Origin: Patescibacteria group bacterium
Lineage (GTDB): Bacteria > Patescibacteriota > Patescibacteriia > Magasanikbacterales > UBA922
Assembly (NCBI GenBank): GCA_041658785.1
Contig: JBAZZL010000002.1
Location: 1,714 to 65,713 of the forward strand
Direction of reading: 5' to 3'
DNA length: 64,000 nt
The position numbers and the translations under genes are program-made. Of this stretch, positions 47,801-57,425 are shown in pieces. The notes beneath the pieces were generated by a model. It ran no database searches. It worked only from the letters and a program-made list of their open reading frames with translations, and had not been told where the DNA came from. How positions within the stretch are numbered: position 1 is the stretch's first letter; each line of letters opens with the position of its first letter.

Positions 47801-48496
47801 TTATTTTTCACTTTCTGCTCTGGCTTTGAACAAAAAAATGGTTTCTGATTTTAATTTCGCACGCGCCCAATCTTTCTGTGGTTCGGATAATGACTCCCCT
47901 AAACCGACCAATAAATTGCGATCCGCCATTTTTTCAATCTGATCAACGCATTTTTGCAACGCTTCTTTGAAAGAAACACCGGATCGCCTTTTAACTATTT
48001 CCTTGTTAATCGGCCAATTATTTTTCAAAAAGTACCAGACATCATAAATATCGCGGCTAGTCTTTCCGATACGCTCTAACATCGCCATTAACTTATGGGC
48101 AAACATATCCTCGGGAATCATAACCAACATAGAAATACCCAATAGGGTCTTTACTTCAAACTTTGATCCGAAATCCCGTCTGTTAACTTCTATTTTGATG
48201 TTTTGTGATTTAGTGTCATACGAGATGACAATTAGCAAATTGAATTTTTTGATTTTTGAATCTATGACCTTGCCATAGCTCTCCGCAATTTTTTGGATTT
48301 TCTCAAAGACCATTTGCTCTTTGCTTTCATCCAATAAATCAAAATCCAAATCAAACGAATCTCTATTCAATCCATAGAACAAGTGAGCGGCCGTTCCGCC
48401 TTTGAATCCTAAATATGGAGAGATGGAAGTATTGGAATAAATATCCTTTAGGATTTGCAATAATATGTTTTTATGCTTGGAGTAATCAACGGTCAT
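47801..48496 (-). CDS. AbiEii-family nucleotidyltransferase toxin
   Basis: FKGGTAAHLFYGLNRDSFDLDF, HKLMA, RDIYD. Confidence 0.9.
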   Translation of the reverse strand: MTVDYSKHKNILLQILKDIYSNTSISPYLGFKGGTAAHLFYGLNRDSFDLDFDLLDESKEQMVFEKIQKIAESYGKVIDSKIKKFNLLIVISYDTKSQNIKIEVNRRDFGSKFEVKTLLGISMLVMIPEDMFAHKLMAMLERIGKTSRDIYDVWYFLKNNWPINKEIVKRRSGVSFKEALQKCVDQIEKMADRNLLVGLGESLSEPQKDWARAKLKSETIFLFKARAESEK

Positions 48497-49092
48497 ACGT
48501 TTGAATTTTTATAGTTTTTAAAATAATCATTAACCCTCTTTTCCATTTTTTTGTTATTGTAGATCGGCAAAATTTGAAACACCTTGTCCCAATTCAAGCC
48601 GTTTAAATTATCAAAATGATAGTCTTTGCTTATATATATCCTGTCCAAAAACGCTCTCTCTTTTGTAGCAACGGCTATGCCATTTTGATGTTCGATGCCA
48701 ATAGTGTTACTCAATACGTAATCCTTCATGCGGATTAAGGAAATTTTTTGTTCGGGAATTTCAATCTCTCGGGTCACATACGATGCGACAAAAATAGAAT
48801 CGTAGTACTGAAAATTAATTCCGGCACGGGTCAATACCGTTTCAAAGCTGATGTATGAGGGAGTATAAATGCGCGTCACCAATTCAAAACGATCATAATT
48901 TTTATCTTTGGCATATATGCCGCGCCGGACCCTGATTAATTTTCCAGCGTTAACATATTTAATTAATCGGCTGGCTACGGTCTGCTCTTTTTCTTCTCCC
49001 CACAACAAAGCCACGTCTTTTGTCGAAAAGACGGCCCGAGGAGATCGCAATAAGACCTCTAAATATTCACCTTTGGTGGGTTTTTTATCCAT
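48493..49092 (-). CDS. AbiEi-like type IV antitoxin
   Basis: N-terminal wHTH (GKLIRVRRGIY), PSYISFETVL, ATKERAFLD; coupled to the toxin gene. Confidence 0.85.
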   Translation of the reverse strand: MDKKPTKGEYLEVLLRSPRAVFSTKDVALLWGEEKEQTVASRLIKYVNAGKLIRVRRGIYAKDKNYDRFELVTRIYTPSYISFETVLTRAGINFQYYDSIFVASYVTREIEIPEQKISLIRMKDYVLSNTIGIEHQNGIAVATKERAFLDRIYISKDYHFDNLNGLNWDKVFQILPIYNNKKMEKRVNDYFKNYKNSNV

Positions 49093-49097
49093 ATATA

Positions 49098-49130
49098 GAC
49101 TGGAATAAGCCTTAAAGGTTTGTTCCAGTT
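49098..49130. promoter_or_regulatory. Inverted repeat upstream of abiEi (probable autoregulatory operator)
   Basis: ACTGGAATAAGCCTT-a-AAGGTTTGTTCCAGT imperfect palindrome just upstream of the start codon. Confidence 0.55.
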
Positions 49131-49316
49131 AAATTATATGCTAAAATGCAAATAAGCGCAAGATCCTTTGGATAATAAGCAAATTGCTACTAAGACTCGA
49201 ACCGCGTTTTGCTTTCGCAAAAGGTGGCGATTGAACCGAAAAAATCTTGGCAAATACTATACAATCTGCCTGCCGACCCCGCCGTGGCGGGGGAGGAAAA
49301 CTCGCAACATCCAATT

Positions 49317-49361
49317 TGGCTCCCTCTGTAGGACTCGAACCTACAACATCTACGTTAACAG
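49317..49361 (-). pseudogene. 3' half of a second, divergent tRNA-Asn (att-like fragment)
   Basis: CTGTTAACGTAGATGTTGTAGGTTCGAGTCCTACAGAGGGAGCCA runs from the anticodon loop to CCA with an intact T arm. Confidence 0.75.
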
Positions 49362-49373
49362 TCCCGATAAAAG

Positions 49374-49445
49374 CTCCGAGAGCAGGGTTCGAACCTGCGA
49401 CATCCGCGTTAACAGCGCGGCGTTCTACCACTGAACTATCTCGGA
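49374..49445 (-). tRNA. tRNA-Asn(GTT)
   Basis: TCCGAGA/TCTCGGA acceptor stem, CCGCG-CTGTTAA-CGCGG anticodon arm, GCAGG-TTCGAAC-CCTGC T arm. Confidence 0.95.
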
Positions 49446-49609
49446 GCGCTTATCGGGATTCTACCTTTGAACTACAGGGGAATAATATGCAAAACCCGCC
49501 TTTTCAGCGGGTTTGTTAGTTTTGGATAAAATGCAAAACTACCCGCTGATTAGCTGTTTATTATTGTTATTATTATTGTGGAGCAAGTATTGCATATAAA
49601 AACAATCTA

Positions 49610-50404
49610 TCATGAATTAAGCCTCTTGTCAAATTTCTGCCAGTCAAAAATTTTTCTCTCACTGTGAAAAACCGTGTACTCTTGCACTAAATTATGCAAT
49701 GAATCCGCCTCATCCCCCTTAAATTTCAAATTATTAATTAACTGCCAATCCCCCTCCAAAAGCAATCGTAAATTCTTCGCCTGCTCCGCGTTACAATTCA
49801 AAATCCGTTCCCCCAATTTTTCTTTTTTCTCCCGGCAAACTTTACAAATAACCCCTCCCCCAGCCGGATACAAATCCGCTATTTCTTCAATCCCGCACAC
49901 CACACAGATCTTTAGCTCCGGCGCAAAACCTAAATAATTTAGTAATTTAATGATAAAACCATCCACCAGTACAGGCGCATTGCAATGCGCCTCAACTAAC
50001 GCATTGCAATGCGTCTCAACTAACGCATTGCAATGCGTCTCAACTGAAGCAATAAATTCCAACCAACTTTTCAACAAATCAAAAATCCTCTCCTCCCTTT
50101 CTCCTGTATGCGTTAATTTATCAACCACAGAAACCAGATAACTGGCAGCTAAACTTTTCTCAGCATTTTTTCTAACGCTTGAAAAAAACTCTACCGGCTG
50201 TACTTTGGTCAGATGATCTATTTCCTTGCCTTTTTCCACCACGATATCAACCAAAGAAAACGGCTCAAGATGAGCCGAATTTTTGCTGGTTATTTTTTTC
50301 ACTCCGCGCGCGAGCAGTTCAAGCTTGCCTTGATCTTTCGTGAAAAGGGAAATGATCTGGTCTGACTCGCGGAAATCTCGCCGGGATAATATAATTGAAA
50401 GCAT
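49610..50404 (-). CDS. recO: DNA repair protein RecO
   Basis: ESDQIISLFT, ARGVKK, LEPFS, CVVC/CKVC zinc site; carries a repeat insertion. Confidence 0.92.
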   Translation of the reverse strand: MLSIILSRRDFRESDQIISLFTKDQGKLELLARGVKKITSKNSAHLEPFSLVDIVVEKGKEIDHLTKVQPVEFFSSVRKNAEKSLAASYLVSVVDKLTHTGEREERIFDLLKSWLEFIASVETHCNALVETHCNALVEAHCNAPVLVDGFIIKLLNYLGFAPELKICVVCGIEEIADLYPAGGGVICKVCREKKEKLGERILNCNAEQAKNLRLLLEGDWQLINNLKFKGDEADSLHNLVQEYTVFHSERKIFDWQKFDKRLNS

Positions 50405-50459
50405 ATAAGCATAATAAGCAATAAGCAGAGTAAGCAGTAAGTATCCGTGCTTACTTTGC

Positions 50460-50879
50460 TTATTGCTTACTCTGCTTACTCTGCTCCAAATATGATTGCA
50501 GAATCACCATCGCCGCTTTCTCATCTCTACTCACCGTTCCTCCCATCGCATCCGCCTGCCTCGAAGTAAACCTCTCGTCAACGAATTCAATTGGTAAGTC
50601 AATTCGTTTTTTTAATTCTTTCACGAACGCTTGAACAATTTTTGTGTTCTCATTCTCTTTTCCATCCAAACCAATCGGCAACCCCACGACAATTTTATCT
50701 ATCTTTTCTTTGGCAATCAAATCTGAAATCTGTCCCGCCAAAACGGGATCCCGCTCGCTGCGGGAAATTCTGAAATCTGAAATCAAAAATTGGCCAAATG
50801 GCAAAACAACCCCAAGGCCAGTCTCCACCCAAGCCAATCCAATATTTTTTCTGCCGTAATCAATGCCGAGTATATTCAT
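50460..50879 (-). CDS. ruvX: YqgF/RuvX family nuclease
   Basis: LGIDYG, IVVGLP, DERFTS, AAMVILQSYL. Confidence 0.92.
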   Translation of the reverse strand: MNILGIDYGRKNIGLAWVETGLGVVLPFGQFLISDFRISRSERDPVLAGQISDLIAKEKIDKIVVGLPIGLDGKENENTKIVQAFVKELKKRIDLPIEFVDERFTSRQADAMGGTVSRDEKAAMVILQSYLEQSKQSKQ

Positions 50880-50955
50880 AATTTAATGGGTTAGGGTAAG
50901 AGTAAAAAAGCCTGAAAAAATCCGGCATCCTAACCCTTGCCCAAACACTCTAACA

Positions 50956-51768
50956 TCATCTTTCGTTAGGCCGCCGAGTGACTACGCGCGGTTTGCCCTC
51001 CGTAATAATAACCGTATGCTCAAAATGCGCGCATAAACTTTTATCCAATGTTGATATGCTCCAACCATCATCCGCCACGCCGATTTTATAATCCCCCATC
51101 GTCACCATCGGCTCTATCGCGATTACCACGCCCGGCTCTAATTTCCAATTTTCTAAATTCTTATCATAATAATTCGGCACTCTCGGCTCCTCGTGCACCG
51201 CGTGCCCAACTCCATGCCCCACCAGATCCCGCACCACCCCAAACCCAAACTGCTCAACATAGTTTTGAATCGCTTTACCGATATCCGCTATAGTATTACC
51301 TACTACACATTTTTCAATCCCAATCTCCAATGCCTGCTTAGTCACTTCCAGTAATTTCTTCGTTGCCTTCGTCACCTTCCCCGCTGCCACGGTAATTGAA
51401 GTATCCGTAAACAACCCCCGTCCCCCATTCCCCTTTCCCCGTCCCACCGGGTATTCCATTCCAATATCAATACTCACAATATCGCCTTTTTTAACAACTT
51501 TCTCTTTATTGGCAATCCCGTGAACCAAATCCTCGTTAATACAAAAACAAACCGCGGTCGGAAACGGCGGATCGTTTTTTTTTCCTTGATAACCTTTAAA
51601 TGAAGGCAGACCGCCCGCTTTTTTTATCAACCTCTCTGCTTCGTCGTCAATTTCTTTGGCATTAACGCCCGGTTTAATCATTTTCGCTAACTTTGCTAAA
51701 ATCCGGCCAAGAATCTCGCCGCCTGCTTGTATTATCTTAACCTCCTCGGGTGTTTTTAGATACGCCAT
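50956..51768 (-). CDS. map: Methionine aminopeptidase type I
   Basis: VHGI, SIDIG, GHGVGHAVHEEP, AIEPM, AHFEHT. Confidence 0.96.
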   Translation of the reverse strand: MAYLKTPEEVKIIQAGGEILGRILAKLAKMIKPGVNAKEIDDEAERLIKKAGGLPSFKGYQGKKNDPPFPTAVCFCINEDLVHGIANKEKVVKKGDIVSIDIGMEYPVGRGKGNGGRGLFTDTSITVAAGKVTKATKKLLEVTKQALEIGIEKCVVGNTIADIGKAIQNYVEQFGFGVVRDLVGHGVGHAVHEEPRVPNYYDKNLENWKLEPGVVIAIEPMVTMGDYKIGVADDGWSISTLDKSLCAHFEHTVIITEGKPRVVTRRPNER

Positions 51769-51782
51769 ACGTTCATTACAAT

Positions 51783-52475
51783 TTACCCCTCCAATCCGGC
51801 GGGCAAGCAATTACTATTTACCAACAACCGCCCAATCTCCTTTTCCACTTCCTCCATTGTTTTGCCCCCATCCACTCGCTTCAATACACCCCGCTTGTTA
51901 TAATAATCCAAAATTCCCCTAATCGCTTCATTACCCTGATCAATGATCCGTTTTTTAATCACTTCTTCGCTATCATCCGGGCGCGGTTTGATTTCCCCGC
52001 CGCACTTGGGGCAGACGGTTAAACTGTAAGTAGCCGGAATCCAAGGAATTATCTCTCCACACGCCACGCACATCCGACGTTGGGTTAATCGATTGAATGA
52101 TTCTTCATCAGACAAGGCGATTTCTAATACCAAAACATCCTTAGCTAAATTCTTTTCTGTAAAAAATTCTTGATATTTTTTCGCTTGATCCAAATTTCTA
52201 ATCGCGCCGTCCAAAACCACGCCATTGCCTTGGTTTAAATATTTTTCAATTTCTTGAAATGCCAACTTATAAATCAACTTGTCGGCGACCAATTTACCCG
52301 CTTTCATGTTGGCAAGCATTTTTTTATCTTCCGGCTCGGCGTTCGGGTTGGCGTCCAACGCGCGCAACAAATCGCCGGTGGAGATGTGGCCGTAATCATG
52401 CTTCTCGACAATTTTCTTTGCTTGGGTGCCCTTGCCGCTGCCGGGTGCGCCCATGAGAATTATCACTTTCTTCAT
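51783..52475 (-). CDS. adk: Adenylate kinase (zinc LID)
   Basis: GAPGSGKGTQA, HISTGDLLR, CVAC/CPKC, RPDD. Confidence 0.95.
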   Translation of the reverse strand: MKKVIILMGAPGSGKGTQAKKIVEKHDYGHISTGDLLRALDANPNAEPEDKKMLANMKAGKLVADKLIYKLAFQEIEKYLNQGNGVVLDGAIRNLDQAKKYQEFFTEKNLAKDVLVLEIALSDEESFNRLTQRRMCVACGEIIPWIPATYSLTVCPKCGGEIKPRPDDSEEVIKKRIIDQGNEAIRGILDYYNKRGVLKRVDGGKTMEEVEKEIGRLLVNSNCLPAGLEG

Positions 52476-52515
52476 AGACCAAAATTTAACCAAATTATCC
52501 CAAATTACATGAAAT

Positions 52516-52800
52516 CTATTTTGAGAAATACTCAACAAAAACCCTCATCAGTCCATCCCGATCGTACTGGCTGATTTTATTATTGTTTTTTAAGCCAGCC
52601 AATGCCTCGTAAATCTGCCGCAGAGAAATCTTACCATCGCCGCGCCGCTTGTCAATAATTGTCCGTTCCACCAATTCCACCTCGCCTGCTGCAAGAGTTC
52701 GGACATCCGTCTGCGAAACCATTCTCTTGATGTCAAACTCCGACAATTGTTTTTCCTCTTTTGAATATTTGTCCCCGGGTGAACCAAATAAAAATCCCAT
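52516..52800 (-). CDS. Small hypothetical protein between secY and adk
   Basis: 94-aa ORF coupled to adk, with its own TTGACG/TATACT-like upstream elements. Confidence 0.65.
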   Translation of the reverse strand: MGFLFGSPGDKYSKEEKQLSEFDIKRMVSQTDVRTLAAGEVELVERTIIDKRRGDGKISLRQIYEALAGLKNNNKISQYDRDGLMRVFVEYFSK

Positions 52801-52941
52801 ATGTTTTAAGTTAAAAATTAGCTTAGATTAGCCAAATTAGTATAACACTTGATTGATGCTTCGTCAAATATCAAAAACCCGCCAACAGGCGGATGATAAT
52901 TCGTATCTTGTGTTTCGTGTTACGTGCCTCGTGCCTCGTGA

Positions 52942-54216
52942 TTAAACTCGATCGTACTCATGCATTGTCAGCTGCGCTTCAATCTGCTTGAAAATATCAA
53001 TTGCCACCGCAACAACGATAAGCAAACTGGTGCCGCCAATAGCCAAACTATTTGTTCCGGTAAAGCCCTGCAAGATAAGCGGCAGTATCGCAATCATACC
53101 CAGGAATAAAGCGCCAATTAAGACAATTCTATTCATGGTCTTGCCAATATACTCCTCTGTCTGCTTCCCCGGCCGAATACCGGGAATAAAACCTCCTTGC
53201 CTCTGCAAATTTTCCGCAACTTTATTGGGATGAAAAATAACTGCAGTATAAAAATAGGTAAAACAAAAAACAAGAAGAAAATAAAATATTCCATAAAACC
53301 ACTGATTCTGAAAAATATAGATAATCTGCCTGGCAATGTTCGCCAACCTTCCGCCGCTATTTACAAAAAACTGCGCGACCGTTGGAGGGAATAAAATAAC
53401 TGAAATAGCAAAAATGATTGGGATAACGCCGGCAGTGTTTACTCTAAGCGGCAGATGCGACTGGGCGCCTCCATAACCGCCGTGAGCGCCATGCGCCATT
53501 CTGGCATAACTAACAGGTATATTACGTTGTCCTTCACTAATAATTACCACTCCGACGACCGTTACAATCGCAATTACCAAAAACATAATGTATGTATACA
53601 AATCGGATGGATTGTAGTTTACAAGTAAATTCTGCAAGGCCCCGGGAAGGGCGGCTATAATACCGGCAAAAATCAACAACGAGATGCCATTCCCAATATT
53701 TCTTTCTGTAATAAGTTCGCCGATCCACATTAAAAAAATGGTTCCGGCTGTGACGGTAATCATAATCGCCGCCAACCGATATGCGCTAAAATCCGGGATA
53801 ATATTGGTTTGTGTCTGTCCCAAAAGCTTGATCAGACCAAAGGCCTGCAGCAGCGCAAGCGGCACCGCGGCAATCCGCGTATAATTGTTAATTCTGCGCC
53901 GTCCTGCCTCGCCTTCCTTCTGCATCTCCTCCAGTTGCGGAACTACCATCGCCAACAATTGGAAGATAATGGAAGAGGTAATATACGGAGCAACACCAAG
54001 CATAGCAATAGAAAAATTCTCAATAGTACCCCCAGAAAAAATATTCAATAGCCCCAAAATTTGATTGCCTGCCAAAAAGCTTCGCAAAGCCGCCACATCT
54101 ACGCCCGGAATTGGGATATGAGCAACCGCTCTAAAAATAACAAGCATCCCCAAAACAAAAAGGATGCTATTGCGAAGACTTTTAATTTTCCAAATACGTT
54201 GAATTTTTTCCCACAT
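52942..54216 (-). CDS. secY: Preprotein translocase SecY
   Basis: LGVAPYITSSII, GNGISLLIF, AGVIPIIFA, FIPGIRPG, GGTSLLIVV. Confidence 0.98.
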   Translation of the reverse strand: MWEKIQRIWKIKSLRNSILFVLGMLVIFRAVAHIPIPGVDVAALRSFLAGNQILGLLNIFSGGTIENFSIAMLGVAPYITSSIIFQLLAMVVPQLEEMQKEGEAGRRRINNYTRIAAVPLALLQAFGLIKLLGQTQTNIIPDFSAYRLAAIMITVTAGTIFLMWIGELITERNIGNGISLLIFAGIIAALPGALQNLLVNYNPSDLYTYIMFLVIAIVTVVGVVIISEGQRNIPVSYARMAHGAHGGYGGAQSHLPLRVNTAGVIPIIFAISVILFPPTVAQFFVNSGGRLANIARQIIYIFQNQWFYGIFYFLLVFCFTYFYTAVIFHPNKVAENLQRQGGFIPGIRPGKQTEEYIGKTMNRIVLIGALFLGMIAILPLILQGFTGTNSLAIGGTSLLIVVAVAIDIFKQIEAQLTMHEYDRV

Positions 54217-54354
54217 ACAGTTATAAAATACAAGATACATGGATCAACACACAATATACATTGAGAAAAATACAAAATCAAATTTACTAATTGTTTTGAA
54301 TTACGAAATGTCATTGTCTATCATTCCATGTATATTGTAGTATATTGTATTTTG

Positions 54355-54801
54355 TTAAAAAGTAATCGTTCCTCCCGCTTTCTCTATCAATTCTATCGCC
54401 TTTTTGCTGGCAATACAATGCCTGATTTCCAATTTCTTCTTAAGCTCGCCTGAAGCAACAATTTTGACACCATTTAGCGACGAGCGCACTACACCTTTTT
54501 TGGCAAGTAACACCGGAGTTACTTTCTCCTCTTCAGAACAAACACGTTCAAGTGTGGCAAGAGTAACTACTCCTTTTTTCGGATATAAACTATTAAAACC
54601 GCGGAGTTTGGGAACCTTTTGCAATGATTGTTTGAACCCTAGCCGCTTCAAACCGCCTTTTCCGCCGGATCTTGCTTTTTGTCCTTTCAGCCCGCGCGCC
54701 GCATAAGTACCCTTTCCAGAGGCATTACCGCGACCCACACGCTTTGACTTCTTTTGTGATCCTCGTGCTGGCTTAATTGTATTTGGCGCTAAAGATGTCA
54801 T
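54355..54801 (-). CDS. rplO: 50S ribosomal protein L15
   Basis: RVGRGNASGKG, GLKGQKARSG, IEKAGG. Confidence 0.96.
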   Translation of the reverse strand: MTSLAPNTIKPARGSQKKSKRVGRGNASGKGTYAARGLKGQKARSGGKGGLKRLGFKQSLQKVPKLRGFNSLYPKKGVVTLATLERVCSEEEKVTPVLLAKKGVVRSSLNGVKIVASGELKKKLEIRHCIASKKAIELIEKAGGTITF

Positions 54802-54805
54802 ATCT

Positions 54806-55459
54806 TTATGTTGGGTTAAAGTCTATTTCTTTTTTTTGTTCTCTGTTCTCTTGATTTTCCAGCTTTATATCCTTTATATCTTTTGTAATATCTGTAATAT
54901 CCTCATTACCCGCATTCAATTTATCTTTCTTTTTTTCGTCTTTCCTTTGTTCAAATCTCTTATCAACAATTTTTGCTTTTTGCAAAAACGACTGCAAGGC
55001 CTTAAAAGTCGCCTTTACATTTACGACTTTATTGTTAGATCTGCCCATCATCTTTGCCGATGCGTTTGGCACCCCTGCCAACTCAAGCACTGTCCGAATT
55101 GAGCTGCCGGCAATAATGCCAGAACCTTGCGGCGCCGGCTTTATCATTACTCGGCCAGCTTTGAACTTGGCTTCTACACGGTGCGGAATTGTCTTTTTTT
55201 CAATTGGAACATAAATCATCGCCTTCTTTGCTTGATTCACGGCTTTTTCAACAGCAATCTGTACGTCCTTTCCTTTGTCCAAACCATAACCTACTCTGCC
55301 CTTGCGGTCGCCAATAACCACACAGGCGCGAAAACTTAACTGCTTGCCTCCTTTGGTAACACGGGTAACACGCGCCAAATCAACAATGTGCTGGTCAAAT
55401 TCAGGTTTTTCTTTTTTAAATCTTTTTCCATCTCTGGACTTTCCTTTTCCTTGTGCCAT
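54806..55459 (-). CDS. rpsE: 30S ribosomal protein S5 with C-terminal extension
   Basis: RVTRVTKGG, GRVGYG, PAPQGSGIIAG. Confidence 0.96.
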   Translation of the reverse strand: MAQGKGKSRDGKRFKKEKPEFDQHIVDLARVTRVTKGGKQLSFRACVVIGDRKGRVGYGLDKGKDVQIAVEKAVNQAKKAMIYVPIEKKTIPHRVEAKFKAGRVMIKPAPQGSGIIAGSSIRTVLELAGVPNASAKMMGRSNNKVVNVKATFKALQSFLQKAKIVDKRFEQRKDEKKKDKLNAGNEDITDITKDIKDIKLENQENREQKKEIDFNPT

Positions 55460-55498
55460 ACTTTTAATTATTAATTTTAACAACAAAAAATACTTTAA

Positions 55499-55873
55499 TT
55501 AGAATAACAAACCATTCTCTCTTGCTCCTTCGGCCAATGCCTTGATTTTGCCGTGGTATTTATAACCAGCTCTGTCAAAGACAACAGTCTCTATTTTCAA
55601 AATCTTTGCTTTTTCCGCCAAAAGCTTGCCTAGCAAATATGCCTGCGCCACCTTTCCTTTTCGTTCTCCGGCATCACCCTGAACCTCGGCGGTTTTGCTG
55701 TTCAAAGCCGCGAGCGTCTTCCCTTCTTGATCATCAATAAGCTGAATATACATGCCGTTCAAGCTGCGGTGTATATTCAATCTGGGCTTTTCTGCTGTAC
55801 CAGAAATCTTTGCTCGCACTCTCAATCGCCGGCGCTCTCTTCTTTCGCGCTTTGTGATGCGTTTTTTATTCAT
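55499..55873 (-). CDS. rplR: 50S ribosomal protein L18
   Basis: PRLNIHRS, VVFDRAGYKYHG. Confidence 0.96.
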   Translation of the reverse strand: MNKKRITKRERRERRRLRVRAKISGTAEKPRLNIHRSLNGMYIQLIDDQEGKTLAALNSKTAEVQGDAGERKGKVAQAYLLGKLLAEKAKILKIETVVFDRAGYKYHGKIKALAEGARENGLLF

Positions 55874-55916
55874 ACTTCTTTTTATAAATGATATAAATCA
55901 AAAAAACAAAATATGA

Positions 55917-56471
55917 TTAAGCCCCGGCCGTCTTGCCAGCCACCTTGCCGGCCTTTCTCCGGACTACTTCATCAAGATACTTGATGCCTTTGCCTTTATA
56001 CGGCTCTGGCTTGCGAACTGATCTAACCTCTGCGGCGACCTGGCCCAAAAGTTCCTTATCAGCGCTTTCAAGTGTAATGATATTTTTTTCTACCGCCACG
56101 CTCATCCCTTTCGGCATTTCAAATATTATTGGATGGGAAAAACCAACTTCTATTTTCAAATCTTTCCCCTGTAATGAAATCTTGTATCCAACCCCATTGA
56201 TTTCCAATTGTTTTTTGAATCCCTCTGAAACGCCAGTGATCATATTCTTTATGTGGGAAGCAAACGTGCCCCACAACGCGCGCTCTTTCTTCTCCTCTTT
56301 GTTTACTACATCACAAGTAACGGTACTGCCATCATTGACATTAACCGCAACCAATGGATTGAGTACTCGCTTCAATTCGCCTTTTGGCCCCTTTACCGCG
56401 ACAAAACCATCTTTTACTTCAACAGTTACGCCTTGAGGGATGTGAATTGTTTGTTTTCCAATTCTTGACAT
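55917..56471 (-). CDS. rplF: 50S ribosomal protein L6
   Basis: MSRIGK, KGPKG, PEPYKGKG. Confidence 0.97.
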   Translation of the reverse strand: MSRIGKQTIHIPQGVTVEVKDGFVAVKGPKGELKRVLNPLVAVNVNDGSTVTCDVVNKEEKKERALWGTFASHIKNMITGVSEGFKKQLEINGVGYKISLQGKDLKIEVGFSHPIIFEMPKGMSVAVEKNIITLESADKELLGQVAAEVRSVRKPEPYKGKGIKYLDEVVRRKAGKVAGKTAGA

Positions 56472-56609
56472 ACAAATATTATAATCCTAATATTATTATC
56501 CTAATCTGCAAATTTCCGAATACCGCGAATATCTTAATAATTTTTTATTTCATTTGTTATTATTAGGATATTCGCAGATTCGGATGGAATTCGTTGTATT
56601 CGGATTATA

Positions 56610-56999
56610 TTAATATACTGAACAAATAACCTCTCCTCCCACCCTTTCTTTCCTTGCCTGTTTATTGGTCATCAAACCTCTGGGGGTGGACACGATTGCA
56701 ATGCCATAATCATTTAATACGCGCGGCATGTCGCAGGCTTTTTTATAAATCCTATGTCCAGGCGTGCTTTCACGCTTTATTGACTGGATCGCGGGAATTT
56801 TTCCATTATATTTCAATTTCAACACCAATTTGGAATGCGTCCCTTCGACTTTTTTAACCTCATCAACATATCCTTCATGATTCAAAATATCAGCAACCGC
56901 CTTCTTTATTTTAGAAAAAGGAAGCTCCACAGCGCCCTTGCGCGCCAGCTGTGCGTTTCTTATTCGAGTTAACATGTCGGCAATTGGATCAGTCATCAT
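56610..56999 (-). CDS. rpsH: 30S ribosomal protein S8
   Basis: TDPIADMLTRIRNA, STPRGLM, GGEV. Confidence 0.97.
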   Translation of the reverse strand: MMTDPIADMLTRIRNAQLARKGAVELPFSKIKKAVADILNHEGYVDEVKKVEGTHSKLVLKLKYNGKIPAIQSIKRESTPGHRIYKKACDMPRVLNDYGIAIVSTPRGLMTNKQARKERVGGEVICSVY

Positions 57000-57008
57000 A
57001 ATATTTTA

Positions 57009-57212
57009 CACTTAATCACTTTAACACTTTAGCACTTTAACACTTTAGCACTTGAGCACTTTAACACTTTAGCACTTGAGCACTTTAACACTTTAGCACT
57101 TGAGCACTTTAACACTTTAGCACTTTAGCACTTGAGCACTTTAACGCTGAGGCACTTTTCCAATTTACTTGGGAATAAATCGTGCTAAAGTGCTTCAGTG
57201 CTAAAGTGCTTA
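57009..57212. repeat. Octamer tandem array with inverted arm
   Basis: 17 units of CACTTTAA/CACTTTAG/CACTTGAG-type at 57009-57144; inverted units at 57182-57212. Confidence 0.9.
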
Positions 57213-57219
57213 GGCGATT

Positions 57220-57405
57220 TTACCAGCTGGACTTTCTGACACCTGGCAATTTGCCTTGGTTTGCCAGCTCGCGAAAACAAATACGACACATATTAAACTT
57301 TCTCATATAGCCGCGCTTTCTGCCGCATTTCCAACAACGTCTGACTATTCTTGTGCTAAACTTTGGTTTTCTATTTGATTTTGCAATTTGTGACTTTTTC
57401 GCCAT
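57220..57405 (-). CDS. rpsN: 30S ribosomal protein S14 type Z (zinc-binding)
   Basis: RCWKCGR...CRICFRELA, 61 aa. Confidence 0.96.
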   Translation of the reverse strand: MAKKSQIAKSNRKPKFSTRIVRRCWKCGRKRGYMRKFNMCRICFRELANQGKLPGVRKSSW

Positions 57406-57425
57406 ACAAATTATGTAAATTTACA

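Larger units (their letters stand above)
41215..49370 (-). mobile_element. Degenerate defence island adjacent to tRNA-Asn
   Basis: Co-oriented TA, RM, RadC, AlbA_2 and RhuM genes between two tRNA-Asn 3'-half-like sequences; no integrase seen. Confidence 0.7.

Noticed and set aside
49141-49519. ORFs overlapping tRNA-Asn
   Set aside because: Shadow frames across the tRNA and its fragment
57009-57212. Possible CRISPR array
   Set aside because: Contiguous 8-mers with no unique spacers, and no cas genes in the window
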